Assembly (NCBI GenBank): GCA_050253335.1
Contig: JBFWJG010000005.1
Coordinates: forward strand, 1,585 to 65,584
DNA: 64,000 nucleotides
Source of the DNA: Deferribacterales bacterium
GTDB taxonomy: Bacteria; Chrysiogenota; Deferribacteres; Deferribacterales; Geovibrionaceae
Reading direction: 5' to 3'
Shown: one piece after another, positions 9,936 through 20,188 of the stretch
Layout: every line of letters starts with the position of its first letter
Position numbering within the stretch: the stretch's first letter is position 1
Notes under the pieces: generated by a model
The model's database searches: none
What the model was told of the DNA's origin: nothing
What the model saw: the letters and a program-made list of their open reading frames with translations, nothing else
Made by a program: the position numbers and the translations under genes

Positions 9936-9939
9936 ATTG

Positions 9940-11091
9940 TCAGCCCAGAGGCGACATTGCTCTGAGCTTGTTTGCGCTGGTGCAGATCATTTCCACCGCT
10001 TTTTTTACTTCCTCTTCGGTGGTGAACCTGCCGAAGCTGAAGCGGAGGGAGCCGTGCATGTCCACAGGGTCAACTTTCATGGCGTAAAGAACGTGGGAAG
10101 CGTCAACACTGTCAGATGTGCATGCGCTGCCTGTGGAGCAGCAGACTTCGCTGGCGTAAACCATCAGAGCTTCGCCCTCAATGTATCTGAAAGCGATGTT
10201 GGAAACACTGCACACCCTTTCAGCGCCGGCGCCGTTCACATAGGTGTCGGGCACGCGTGCAAGGACTTCCTGCTCGAACATGTCACGGAAGGCGCGGATG
10301 CGTTTTGTTTCTTCTTCCCCTTCCTGCTCAAGTATTTCGACCGCTTTTGCTATAGCTATGATATTTGCCACGTTTTCAGTGCCCGCGCGGAGCCCGTATT
10401 CCTGACTTCCTCCGCAGACAATGGGGATTATGAGATCTTTTAAGTTTTCATCAATGTAGAGAACGCCTATACCTTTGGGGGCGTTGAATTTGTGTCCGGA
10501 GAAGCTCATGAGCTGAACGCCCAGTTCGCTCACGTCCGTGGAAAGTTTGCCCACAGCCTGAACGGCGTCCGTATGGACTATGATTCCTTTCTCTCTGGCG
10601 ATGGCGGCGATTTCCTTAACGGGCTGGACTGTGCCGACCTCGTTATTGACCAGCATGACGGAAACAAGGATTGTGTCCGGCCTGAGCGCGTTTTTGAAAT
10701 CCTCGACGGATATGACTCCTGCTTTGTTTACAGGCAGGTAGGTTACATCAAACCCTGACTTCTGGAGGGATTTGCAGGTTTCCAGAACCGCCTTGTGTTC
10801 GATGGATGTTGTGATGATGTGCTTGCCTTTATGCTTCAGCGCCTCTGCCATGCCTTTTATGGCAAGGTTGTCGGATGATGTTCCGCTGGCGGTGAATACA
10901 ACTTCGTGTGGTTCGCATTTGATATAGGAGGCAACAACCGCTCTGGCGTTTTCAACGTCTTCCCGCACTTCTCTGCCGAGAATGTGGATGCTGGAGGGGT
11001 TGGCGAATTTTTCCGTAAGGTACGGAATCATAGCCTCGTAAACCCGCCTGTCCACAGGGGTAGTTGCGCTATAGTCCAGATAAATTGGCAT
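9940..11091 (-). CDS. iscS: Cysteine desulfurase (group I)
   Basis: [19 protein letters not shown] (PLP lysine), TGSAC (catalytic Cys). Confidence 0.92.
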   Translation of the reverse strand: MPIYLDYSATTPVDRRVYEAMIPYLTEKFANPSSIHILGREVREDVENARAVVASYIKCEPHEVVFTASGTSSDNLAIKGMAEALKHKGKHIITTSIEHKAVLETCKSLQKSGFDVTYLPVNKAGVISVEDFKNALRPDTILVSVMLVNNEVGTVQPVKEIAAIAREKGIIVHTDAVQAVGKLSTDVSELGVQLMSFSGHKFNAPKGIGVLYIDENLKDLIIPIVCGGSQEYGLRAGTENVANIIAIAKAVEILEQEGEEETKRIRAFRDMFEQEVLARVPDTYVNGAGAERVCSVSNIAFRYIEGEALMVYASEVCCSTGSACTSDSVDASHVLYAMKVDPVDMHGSLRFSFGRFTTEEEVKKAVEMICTSANKLRAMSPLG

Positions 11092-11506
11092 TTTTTCCTC
11101 CGAGAGCGTGCTTCTTCAAGTCGTCTATAGTAATATTTTCGAGGTAATTATCAACATTTTTTTTGAGTCCCAGCCAGAGCCAGTTGATGGCGCATGTGCT
11201 GAATTTGGAGCAGTCCTCCCCGTCGGTGCAGTCAACAGGGCTTATGGGACCGTCCATAGCCACGACGACATCCTTAACGGTTATGCCTGCCGCATCTTTG
11301 GAGAGCATGTATCCGCCGCCCGCGCCCCTTGAGCCGGTGACGATATTGTACTTCTTGAGCTGTATGAAGATCTGCTCCAGATATTTTCTGGAAATGGTCT
11401 CCATCTGCGCTATCTGGGTGAGGGCAACCGGCTCCTTATCCCCGCCGAGAACCACAAGGGCGTAAATAGCCCTTATAGCGTATCTGCTTTTAGTCGTAAT
11501 TTTCAT
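11069..11506 (-). CDS. Rrf2-family regulator (IscR-like)
   Basis: [18 protein letters not shown], three Cys in [13 protein letters not shown]. Confidence 0.9.
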   Translation of the reverse strand: MKITTKSRYAIRAIYALVVLGGDKEPVALTQIAQMETISRKYLEQIFIQLKKYNIVTGSRGAGGGYMLSKDAAGITVKDVVVAMDGPISPVDCTDGEDCSKFSTCAINWLWLGLKKNVDNYLENITIDDLKKHALGGKNANLSGL

Positions 11507-12158
11507 TTTCTTTCAGCCTTTTTCTTAGTTCCTGAATCTCTTTCTCAAGCTCGACAACCCTCGCCACCACGCAGCTTATCGCTTTTGCCACGGGGTCAGG
11601 CAGTTTGTCGTGATCCAGTGCACTGATGTTATCATCCTTCTGCTGGCCAACGGCTCTTCCGGGAACGCCGACTACGGTGGCGTTAGGCGGAACTTCCTTC
11701 ACGACTACGGAATTTGAGCCTATTTTTGCGTTTTCGCCTACGGTAAAAGGTCCCAAGACTTTTGAGCCTGAACCAACTATAACATTATTTTTTAAAGTAG
11801 GGTGCCTTTTTTCTTTCTTGAGACTAACTCCGCCCAAAGTCACACCCTGATATATAGTTACATCATCACCGATCTCTGCTGTCTCCCCTATGACCACACC
11901 CATTCCGTGGTCAATGAAGAAGCGTTTGCCTATTGTCGCCCCGGGGTGGATTTCTATCCCCGTGAAGAACCTGCCTAAGTGGGATGTGAATCTGCCGAGA
12001 AAATAGAGCTTTTTGCGCCAGAACCAGTTCGCGGCCCTGTAAAAGAGCATTGCGTGAAAGCCCGGATAACAGAAAATGATCTCCGCTATGCTTCTGACAG
12101 CCGGGTCGCGCTGGTAAATAGTATTTATTTCTTCTTTTAGATATTTGAATACGTTCAT
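11490..12158 (-). CDS. cysE: Serine O-acetyltransferase
   Basis: [38 protein letters not shown]. Confidence 0.95.
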   Translation of the reverse strand: MNVFKYLKEEINTIYQRDPAVRSIAEIIFCYPGFHAMLFYRAANWFWRKKLYFLGRFTSHLGRFFTGIEIHPGATIGKRFFIDHGMGVVIGETAEIGDDVTIYQGVTLGGVSLKKEKRHPTLKNNVIVGSGSKVLGPFTVGENAKIGSNSVVVKEVPPNATVVGVPGRAVGQQKDDNISALDHDKLPDPVAKAISCVVARVVELEKEIQELRKRLKENENYD

Positions 12159-12190
12159 ATCCTACTCCGGGTGTAGTATTCTATGTTAAA

Positions 12191-12213
12191 ATAAAAGCCC
12201 CGGGTTGCGGGGC
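12191..12213 (-). terminator. Intrinsic terminator after the ferredoxin gene
   Basis: GCCCCG/CGGGGC stem followed by TTTTAT on the minus strand. Confidence 0.7.
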
Positions 12214-12232
12214 AATTATCAGCAAATGTTAA

Positions 12233-12412
<180 letters not shown>

Positions 12413-12425
12413 TTAATATTTTCCG

Positions 12426-12454
12426 AACATATGATCTTGCCTTTGGGCTGTCAA
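12426..12454 (-). promoter_or_regulatory. Sigma70-type promoter of the ferredoxin gene
   Basis: TTGACA-N17-TATGTT. Confidence 0.65.
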
Positions 12455-12592
12455 TATAAAAATGCGTGTTAGAAATGCCTTACTTAAAGACGTTTCCGGG
12501 GAAGTTTGAAAACACATTGAATTATTGTGCAAAAGCATATACTAAAGAAACAGATCCGTTGCGGTCTAATAAGCGAAAGGTACGGTGAGCTA

Positions 12593-12931
12593 ATGGAAAA
12601 TATCAAATTTGTCAAACTCGTGAGCGGGGATACATGCATAGGCATAAAAGACGATGAAAAGAATATCCTGAAGGATGTCGCTGTGGTTCAGGCTGTCCCC
12701 ATGGGCGGTTCGGGCATTCAGATAGCCATACTCCCCTTCGGCTTCCCCTATGAGGACGAGATAGGCGGGGAAATCGGCTGGGACAAGGTAATGTATGTTT
12801 ACGCCGAATTTCCCGAGGACATCAAAAACAAATATATCGAAGCCAAAAGCGGAATCCGCATGGCCGGCGGAATGGGCGGTCTCGGCGGCGCCGCGCCCAA
12901 AGGCAGAAGCGACAGCGGGATTATTATCTAA
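12593..12931 (+). CDS. Hypothetical protein, possibly Sm-like fold
   Basis: MENIKFVKLVSGDTCIG...; start moved to ATG 12593; abuts the NUDIX gene. Confidence 0.7.
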   Translation: MENIKFVKLVSGDTCIGIKDDEKNILKDVAVVQAVPMGGSGIQIAILPFGFPYEDEIGGEIGWDKVMYVYAEFPEDIKNKYIEAKSGIRMAGGMGGLGGAAPKGRSDSGIII

Positions 12932-13471
12932 ATGAAGAGCCGCTGGCGGTTTCTGAGGACTGAGAAAAAATTTGCCGACCGTGTTCTCTCCGTGGAGCAC
13001 AGGCATTATCATTTTGACGGTGCGGGGGCTTCAATGCCCTTCACTGTGGTAAATATCAGAAACTGGGTCATAACCGTTCCCGTCACGTCTGAGGGGAAGC
13101 TTGTGCTTGTCCGCCAGTTCCGTGTGGGGACGGACAGCGTCACCTATGAGCTGCCCGGCGGCGCTGTGGATGACGGAGAAGTAACCGCGGATGCGGCGCT
13201 GAGGGAGCTTGTGGAGGAAACTGGCTACAGGGCGGAATCTGCCCGCAGTCTGGGGCTTATGCACCCCAACCCTGCCTTCATGACCAACTCATGCCACTGT
13301 TTTCTGGCGGAAAACTGCACAAATGGCGGAACCATGCACCACGACCTGTTTGAAGAAACCGAACCTGCGGAATTTACACGGGAAGAGATTCTCGCCATGG
13401 TGAAGCGGGGCGAAATAACCCACAGCATAACCATAGCCGCAATAGGGCTCTGGATTATGGATCAGGAGTAG
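12932..13471 (+). CDS. NUDIX hydrolase (ADP-ribose pyrophosphatase-like)
   Basis: Nudix box ELPGGAVDDGEVTADAALRELVEETGY. Confidence 0.92.
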   Translation: MKSRWRFLRTEKKFADRVLSVEHRHYHFDGAGASMPFTVVNIRNWVITVPVTSEGKLVLVRQFRVGTDSVTYELPGGAVDDGEVTADAALRELVEETGYRAESARSLGLMHPNPAFMTNSCHCFLAENCTNGGTMHHDLFEETEPAEFTREEILAMVKRGEITHSITIAAIGLWIMDQE

Positions 13472-13476
13472 AGAGC

Positions 13477-13839
13477 CTACCTGTTCAGAATATTCGCCGA
13501 GACCTTATGGCATTCGGAGCATTTATCAAGGGAAGCGTGCCAGCCGTCCGCAGGCCACTGGTTGTGGCAGTCAAAACAGCGTGTGCCGCAGCCGTCTGAA
13601 GAGGCAACGGGGAGAAAGGTTTTCTTATCTGAGGGTTCGTGGCACTGGATGCAGGTTTTGAGGGGCTGATGCTCTTTGCTGTTTGCCAGATTCTGATGGC
13701 AGGTCATGCAGTCTCCGGCACATCCGGCATCTGCTTCATTGACGGGGATCAGCGCTGTCAGGGCTACCATAAAAATTCCGATACAGATTCCGCAAGCAAT
13801 TCCCCTTTTTCCGTCAGCGCGATTTTTCCTTTTTTCCAT
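13477..13839 (-). CDS. Small tetraheme c-type cytochrome
   Basis: Four CxxCH motifs (CMTCH, CIQCH, CFDCH, CSECH) and a signal-peptide-like N-terminus ending ADA. Start uncertain (13839 or 13770). Confidence 0.8.
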   Translation of the reverse strand: MEKRKNRADGKRGIACGICIGIFMVALTALIPVNEADAGCAGDCMTCHQNLANSKEHQPLKTCIQCHEPSDKKTFLPVASSDGCGTRCFDCHNQWPADGWHASLDKCSECHKVSANILNR

Positions 13840-14843
13840 TCCAAAAGACCCTCGCCGCAAAGGCGGCTTATTTTTTCATCCAGTTCGGAATCCCTGTGGT
13901 TATAAAATGCTGAAAGGGAGCTGATGTCAACCCCTTCCGTCATTCTCAGGCCGAAAACCACAGCCTCTTTCAGCAGATCCGCCTGCTCCGTCACGGATAT
14001 TTCATCATAGGATGACGGATCGGCAAGGTAAATGTTCACATCTTTCGCTTTGCCTTTGTGGATTCGCTTATCCGGATGGTTTTCAAGAGACCATGCCGAA
14101 GCGCCTATGCCTGTGAAATCCCTGAGTTTCCAGTAATTTATGTTATGTCTGCTCTCATGTCCGGTTTTTGCGAAATTGGATATTTCGTATTTGGCATAGC
14201 CTTTTGAACCCAGATATTGCTTAACCTCAAGAAACATGCTGTCCGCCGTTTCTCCTTCTTCCGCCAGATAACCCGTGTCAAAGGAGTAGGAATATGCGGA
14301 GATGTGTTCCGGATTGAGGGCGCATATCTCCTCCATGCTTCTGCGCGCCGCTTCCGGCGGAGTTTGGGGTATGTCGAAAATAAGATCCAGATTGATGTCC
14401 GCATCCGGCAGGTGTTTTCTTATGAGATCATATGTGGAGAAAACGGCATCACGGTCATGAAGCCTGCCCAGAAGCCTCAGCACATCGTTGTCCGTGCTCT
14501 GACAGCCCATGCTGAGCCTGCCTGCGCCGTGGGCTTTCATCACTTTGAGAAAATCGGCGGACAGAGATTCGGGATTAGCCTCCACAGTGAACTCCCCCGC
14601 TATGTTGACGGATTTGAGGAGCCTTTCCAGAAATTTGTCCAGAAGTCCGGCGGGAACCGCGCTGGGTGTGCCTCCGCCTATGTACAATGTGTCGAAGGCT
14701 GTTTTTCCCGTGTGTTTCAGGTCTTCAGAAAGGGCATCGAAATACCTGCGTATGAGTGCTTCATCATAAACGTCCAGAGACATGAACCCGCAGTAAAGGC
14801 ATTTTCTCCGGCAGAAGGGAAGGTGTATGTATAGTCCGCTCAT
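13764..14843 (-). CDS. hemW: Radical SAM heme chaperone HemW (HemN-like)
   Basis: YIHLPFCRRKCLYCGF, GGGTPS, EANP, YEISN, HNINYW. Confidence 0.88.
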   Translation of the reverse strand: MSGLYIHLPFCRRKCLYCGFMSLDVYDEALIRRYFDALSEDLKHTGKTAFDTLYIGGGTPSAVPAGLLDKFLERLLKSVNIAGEFTVEANPESLSADFLKVMKAHGAGRLSMGCQSTDNDVLRLLGRLHDRDAVFSTYDLIRKHLPDADINLDLIFDIPQTPPEAARRSMEEICALNPEHISAYSYSFDTGYLAEEGETADSMFLEVKQYLGSKGYAKYEISNFAKTGHESRHNINYWKLRDFTGIGASAWSLENHPDKRIHKGKAKDVNIYLADPSSYDEISVTEQADLLKEAVVFGLRMTEGVDISSLSAFYNHRDSELDEKISRLCGEGLLEWKKGKIALTEKGELLAESVSEFLW

Positions 14844-15904
14844 TTCAGGAGCTTTTCGTATAATTCAATATAAGAGAGAACCATTTTCTCCGCCGAGAAG
14901 CTGTAGGCTCTTTTCAGGGAGTTTTCAGCCATCATGCCCCTAAGCGGTTCATCGTCCAGAAGCCTGCCGTATGCCGCAGCCAGTGCCGCATCATCGCCCA
15001 CTTTGCAGAGAAAGCCGTTTTCGCCCTCAGTCACAAGCTCGGGTATCCCCCCTGCGGCTGTGGCAACAACGGGGAGCGAGGCATTCATGGCATCAATAAT
15101 CGAGGTGCAGAGCCCCTCGGTCTTGGAGGTCATGGTGAAAATATCCATCAGTGAGAGTATTTCCGGTATGTGAGAGCAGAAGCCTGTGAAGACAATGTTC
15201 TCTCTGCATTTCAGCGTATCGGCGTATGCCTTTATTTCATCAAACATGGGGCCGTCCCCAACGGGAAGAAGGAGCACGTCCTGTCTGTCTGCGCAGAGTC
15301 TGTCAAACGCTCTGAGGAGGGTGGGATAATCTTTGTGATCGGCAAAGTTCGCCACGGTTCCGATAACTTTTCTGCCTCGGGGATTAAACTTTTGCCTGAG
15401 TTCCGCCGCAAGCACGGTGTCCACCGTCTCAGGCTTGTCTGAGCCGCTGTATATAAGGCTGATCCTGTCCTTAGGTATGCCGCTTGAGGCTATGATATCC
15501 TGTATGGCTTTGCTGATCGCCACAAGGTTCACTTTACCGCTTCTGTATTTATTGAAGAGCTTTTTTTTCAGCGGGAAATCCACCCTGCGGGTGTGGACAA
15601 GCCTGAATGAACCGTTCAGCCATGAGGAGGCGATGCAGGGGGTCAGTGAATGGCTGTCGTGAGAGTGGACAATATCTGGTCTGAATTTCCGTATCAGAGA
15701 GAGCAGGCGGAAGATATACACAGGGTCGGCCTCACTGCGGAAAGAGAGCGGTTCGGTGTTCTCCGCCCGTTTGATAAGCTCGCCGTCAGGACTGCACACC
15801 ATGAGGCTTTCATGCCCCCGTGCAGTCAGCCCGCTGTGGAGGAAGAGCGCCTGTCTCTGCCCTCCCCTCCACTCTTTTCCTGTGTCAACGTGCAGTATTC
15901 TCAA
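14840..15904 (-). CDS. Glycosyltransferase family 4
   Basis: WRGGQRQ, EGLCTSIIDAM, PELV. Confidence 0.9.
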   Translation of the reverse strand: MRILHVDTGKEWRGGQRQALFLHSGLTARGHESLMVCSPDGELIKRAENTEPLSFRSEADPVYIFRLLSLIRKFRPDIVHSHDSHSLTPCIASSWLNGSFRLVHTRRVDFPLKKKLFNKYRSGKVNLVAISKAIQDIIASSGIPKDRISLIYSGSDKPETVDTVLAAELRQKFNPRGRKVIGTVANFADHKDYPTLLRAFDRLCADRQDVLLLPVGDGPMFDEIKAYADTLKCRENIVFTGFCSHIPEILSLMDIFTMTSKTEGLCTSIIDAMNASLPVVATAAGGIPELVTEGENGFLCKVGDDAALAAAYGRLLDDEPLRGMMAENSLKRAYSFSAEKMVLSYIELYEKLLK

Positions 15905-16728
15905 GCGTCTTCTTCCGGTTTATGAAAGTATATATCCATCTGCGGAAAGGGTATTTCCACGCCGCCGTTTGTGAGGTTTATCTTGATGTTTTCAAGAAGC
16001 TCCGCCTTGGTCGCCCACCAGTCGCCCGTTTCAACCCATGAGCGTGCAAAGAGGTTCACCGAACTGTCCGCCAGTTCGAGCACGCCTGCGGAGGGGGCGG
16101 GATCTTTCAGCACTTTTTCATGCTCCCGCATTGTATCAAGCATGATATCTTTGGCTTTTTTGATATCGCTGCCGTAGCTGATGCCTATCACAAGGGGGAT
16201 CATCCTTGTTCCCTGAAGGGAGAAGTTTATTATTTCGCCGTTCATCACGCTGGAGTTGGGGATCATGATGGTGAGGTTGTCGTATGTTTTGAGAATGGTC
16301 TGGAAAACCTGAATAGTGAGCACGGTTCCAGTTTGCCCTGCAAGAGTGACAACATCCCCCGCTTTGAAGGGGCGGAGCATGACTATGAGCACTCCGGCGC
16401 CGAAGTTTGACACCTGATCTTTAAGGGAGAGGCCGACAGCCAGTCCCGCCGCACCCATAACGGCGACGAGTGAAGTTGTCTGCACGCCGAGAGCGTTGAC
16501 TGAGGCTATCACAACCACCGCGAAAAGCATTGCGTAGATTACATTTTTCAGAAAGCCCGCGAGGGTTTCATCCATATTCGTTTTTTTCATGGCCTTGTGT
16601 GCCACTCTGGAAAGGAATTTCGCCAGATATTTTCCGAAATAGAATATGAGTATGGCGGCGACAATTCTCAGTGCGTAGTCCGCCGCGTGAGCGGTAATCA
16701 GGCTGACAATTTTTTCGTAATCAATCAC
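15901..16728 (-). CDS. mscS: Small-conductance mechanosensitive channel
   Basis: GAAGLAVGLSLKDQVSNF, RPFKAGD, IEIPFPQ-type C-terminus; GTG start with SD GGAGG. Confidence 0.92.
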   Translation of the reverse strand: MIDYEKIVSLITAHAADYALRIVAAILIFYFGKYLAKFLSRVAHKAMKKTNMDETLAGFLKNVIYAMLFAVVVIASVNALGVQTTSLVAVMGAAGLAVGLSLKDQVSNFGAGVLIVMLRPFKAGDVVTLAGQTGTVLTIQVFQTILKTYDNLTIMIPNSSVMNGEIINFSLQGTRMIPLVIGISYGSDIKKAKDIMLDTMREHEKVLKDPAPSAGVLELADSSVNLFARSWVETGDWWATKAELLENIKINLTNGGVEIPFPQMDIYFHKPEEDA

Positions 16729-18185
16729 AGTTTTTCCTCCATAGCGCTGCACATGGTTTCCAGTATTTTGAGCCGGGCATACTTTTTATCGTTTCCGGCA
16801 ATGAGGTTCCATGGTGCGTGTCCTGTGCTGGTGCGGGTTATCATTTCATTCGCCGCATCCTCATACATAGCCCATTTTTCCCTGTTGCGCCAGTCCTCAT
16901 CAGTTATCTTGTATTGTTTCCATGGGAGATTCTCCCGTTCCTTAAAGCGTTTAAGCTGTTCATCCGCATCAATGTGCACCCAGAACTTGACAAGGATTAT
17001 TCCGCTTTCGGTGAGGTGCTCCTCAAAGTCGTTTATCTCTTCAAAGGAGCGTGACCACTCGTTTTCGGCGGCGAATTTCTCCACACGCTCCACGAGAACA
17101 CGGCCGTACCACGAACGGTCGTAAACCGTGATGAATCCGGCGGAGGGTATGTTGCGCCAGAACCGCCAGAGGTAATGGTGCGCCTTTTCCTCGTCTGTCG
17201 GGGCGGCAACCGAGGTTACGCTGGCAAGGCGTATGTCTGTGCCCTGTACTATGCGGCGGATGGCGCTTCCTTTGCCGGCTGCGTCCCACCCTTCAAAAAC
17301 CGCAATGGTTGATTTGCTTTTGCCGTATGCCTTCCATGCGAGGGAGTTAAGCTTCTCCTGCAGTTCGGGCAGGCGTTTTTTATATTCCTCATAGTCTGCG
17401 GTCAGTGTTAAGTCCACCTTGGAGAGAACAGGCGGGGCTATGCTTACAGTTTTCTTTTCCGTTTTCTGTTTTGCGCCTATGGAGGCTATTGCCGCTTCCA
17501 GTGTCTCCACTATTATGCGCAGTGCCTTCAGAGTTCTGTGGCGCTTGTCGTCCGCCTCTATCAAGTGCCAGCGGGCTTTTGCATGATCTGTGAGGCGTAT
17601 TCCCCGCTCGGCGGCTTTTACTATGTCGTCATACTTTTCCCTGTGCCACATCGCGCGTTCAACAATTTCGCCCTTGCCGTATTTCTTTTTCAGGTCATCC
17701 GTTTTTTTCTTCGCAGTCTTTTTGCTGAGGTGAAACCAGAACTTGAGGATCACTGCGCCGTCGTCCGCGAGCATGGACTCAAATGTCGCCGCGCGCTTCA
17801 TACGCCTTTCGTACTCGGCGGTCGGTATGTTTCCTTTGGCGGTTTCGAGCATTTCCCCTGCGTACCAGGCGCCGAAGAAGAAGCCTATATGCCCTCTGTA
17901 CGGAAGGCTCATCCAGTAGCGCCAGTAAAGGGGCTTTGCTTTTTCGGCTTCGTTTTCCTGCCAGAAGGTTTTTATTATGACATTGCGCAGATCCATCAGC
18001 CCGCCGAGGTAATTCATCATCTCGCCCTTGCCTGCGCCGTCAAGCCCGTTGAGTATTATAATGAGTGCTCCGGGATATTTCGCAAAGGCCGTCTGCGCCT
18101 TTATCAGCCTTGTGCGGAGTTCGGGGAGCGCTTCTTCAAACTCTTTTTTGCCGACCTTCTGGCCGAGTTCCACTGCTTCAAACAT
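16725..18185 (-). CDS. ppk2: Polyphosphate:AMP phosphotransferase (two-domain PPK2, class II)
   Basis: GLDGAGKG and EGWDAAGKG Walker A motifs, YDRSWYGRVLVER, ITDEDWRNR. Confidence 0.92.
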   Translation of the reverse strand: MFEAVELGQKVGKKEFEEALPELRTRLIKAQTAFAKYPGALIIILNGLDGAGKGEMMNYLGGLMDLRNVIIKTFWQENEAEKAKPLYWRYWMSLPYRGHIGFFFGAWYAGEMLETAKGNIPTAEYERRMKRAATFESMLADDGAVILKFWFHLSKKTAKKKTDDLKKKYGKGEIVERAMWHREKYDDIVKAAERGIRLTDHAKARWHLIEADDKRHRTLKALRIIVETLEAAIASIGAKQKTEKKTVSIAPPVLSKVDLTLTADYEEYKKRLPELQEKLNSLAWKAYGKSKSTIAVFEGWDAAGKGSAIRRIVQGTDIRLASVTSVAAPTDEEKAHHYLWRFWRNIPSAGFITVYDRSWYGRVLVERVEKFAAENEWSRSFEEINDFEEHLTESGIILVKFWVHIDADEQLKRFKERENLPWKQYKITDEDWRNREKWAMYEDAANEMITRTSTGHAPWNLIAGNDKKYARLKILETMCSAMEEKL

Positions 18186-18269
18186 TTATGACCCCCTTTT
18201 TCTGAGTATAATCTAAAAAGTTTCTGCTATTATTTAAAAATGAATATTTTGTTTCAGGTTTGGTGAGAT

Positions 18270-18959
18270 ATGAAAACTGCGGGTCTTATAGGCGGAATGA
18301 GCTGGGAATCAACAGCCCTTTACTACAAGTATATTAACGAGGGCGTGAAGAAAGCGATGGGAGGACTTCACTCCGCCAGAATGATAATAAACAGCGTGGA
18401 TTTTGAAGAGGTTGCTCAGCTTCAGTCAAAGGGCGAGTGGGAAAAAGGCGCGCTGATGATGATTGATGAGGCCCAAAAGCTCAGGAGAGCAGGGGCGGAC
18501 TTCATAATGATCTGCACAAACACCATGCATATTTCGGCGGACGATGTGGAAAAGGCGCTTGATGTCCCCCTCCTGCGGATTACAGATTCCGCGGCGGAAG
18601 CGGCTCTCTCCGCCGGAGTGAAAAAGGCGGGGCTTCTGGGCACGGGTTTCACTATGGAGCGTGATTTCTACAAGGGGCGGATGGAAAAACTCGGGCTTGA
18701 TGTAATCGTTCCGGATGCCGCAGACAGAAAATTCGTCCACAACGTGATATATAACGAACTCTGCCTCGGCGAGTTTAAGGATGCATCAAAAAAGAGGTTC
18801 ATAGAGATAATAGAAAAGCTCGGCGCAAAAGGCGCAGAGGGGGTGATCCTCGGCTGTACGGAGATTCCGCTCCTTGTTGAGCAGAAGGACAGCCCGCTCA
18901 GTCTCTTCGACACGACAAAACTCCACGCCGAAGCGGCAGTGAGGATGATGCTGGGATGA
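18270..18959 (+). CDS. Aspartate/glutamate racemase family protein (YgeA-like)
   Basis: GLIGGMSWEST, ICTNTMH, LGCTEIP. Confidence 0.92.
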   Translation: MKTAGLIGGMSWESTALYYKYINEGVKKAMGGLHSARMIINSVDFEEVAQLQSKGEWEKGALMMIDEAQKLRRAGADFIMICTNTMHISADDVEKALDVPLLRITDSAAEAALSAGVKKAGLLGTGFTMERDFYKGRMEKLGLDVIVPDAADRKFVHNVIYNELCLGEFKDASKKRFIEIIEKLGAKGAEGVILGCTEIPLLVEQKDSPLSLFDTTKLHAEAAVRMMLG

Positions 18960-19090
18960 GAGCAATAATATATTGAGTCCTGTATAAGAAATATATTATA
19001 TTCTTGTATGGAATATAAAAATGTATATTTAGTCTTGCACTCTGTATTAATCAGAGCGGGAAAAATAGATTATTTAGGAATGAGGAACTA

Positions 19091-20188
19091 ATGACGGACT
19101 GCACTAATATATCTCCAGTTTTTCATTCGAATGTGAATTCTGCTAAGAAAAATCAACAAATTATCACAAAGCACCGGATAAAAACAATGAAGTCTATTGA
19201 ACTATTTGCTGGTGCTGGTGGGTTAGCTTTAGGTTTGGAAAAAGCAGGTTTTTCAACAATAGGACTAATTGAAATTGATAAGGATGCCGTTGACACTCTA
19301 AGAACTAATAGAAATTTCTGGAATATTATTCAAAGCGATATAGCTGCGGTATCTTCATTGAATTTAAATAAAATTTTTAATATCAATACTGGTGAACTGG
19401 ATCTTCTTTCTGGTGGAGCACCCTGTCAGTCTTTTTCTTATGCTGGTAACAGACTTGGGCTTGAAGATGCAAGAGGTACATTATTTTTCCACTATGCCTT
19501 ATTCTTGAATAAACTCAAACCGAAAATGTTTTTATTTGAGAATGTCAGAGGTCTTTTAACTCATGATAATGGACGTACTTATGCAACTATATGTAAGGTA
19601 TTTACTGAAGCAGGGTATAAAATCAAAAATAAAGTGCTTAATGCATGGGATTATGGTGTTGCTCAAAAGAGAGAACGCTTATTAACTGTTGGAATTAGGG
19701 ATGATCTATCAGATAAAATGGACTTTGTTTTTCCACATCCCTATGAGCGTAGACTTGTATTACGAGATATATTACAAAATGTTCCGGAAAGCTCTTACAT
19801 ACCTTATTCTGAATATAAACGTAAGATTTTTGATTTAGTACCTCCCGGGGGATATTGGAAAGATATTCCTGCCGAAATTGCTAAAGAGTATATGAAGAGT
19901 TGCTGGAGCATGGGAGGAGGACGAACAGGAATTCTCAGAAGAATGAGTCTTGACGAACCGTCTCTTACTGTCCTTACATCTCCATCTCAAAAGCAAACGG
20001 AGCGTTGCCACCCAATTGAGACAAGGCCGTTTACTGTTAGAGAGAATGCACGCTGCCAGAGTTTTCCTGATGATTGGTTTTTTTGCGGTAATGTTAGTAG
20101 TCAATATAAGCAAATTGGAAATGCTGTCCCTGTAAATTTGGCTTACGAGGTTGCATTAAAAATCCGAGATAGTTTGGAGCAATTATGA
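19091..20188 (+). CDS. C5-cytosine DNA methyltransferase
   Basis: ELFAGAGG, GAPCQSFS, ENVRGL, QKRERL, QIGNAV; SD GAGGA before ATG 19091. Confidence 0.95.
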   Translation: MTDCTNISPVFHSNVNSAKKNQQIITKHRIKTMKSIELFAGAGGLALGLEKAGFSTIGLIEIDKDAVDTLRTNRNFWNIIQSDIAAVSSLNLNKIFNINTGELDLLSGGAPCQSFSYAGNRLGLEDARGTLFFHYALFLNKLKPKMFLFENVRGLLTHDNGRTYATICKVFTEAGYKIKNKVLNAWDYGVAQKRERLLTVGIRDDLSDKMDFVFPHPYERRLVLRDILQNVPESSYIPYSEYKRKIFDLVPPGGYWKDIPAEIAKEYMKSCWSMGGGRTGILRRMSLDEPSLTVLTSPSQKQTERCHPIETRPFTVRENARCQSFPDDWFFCGNVSSQYKQIGNAVPVNLAYEVALKIRDSLEQL

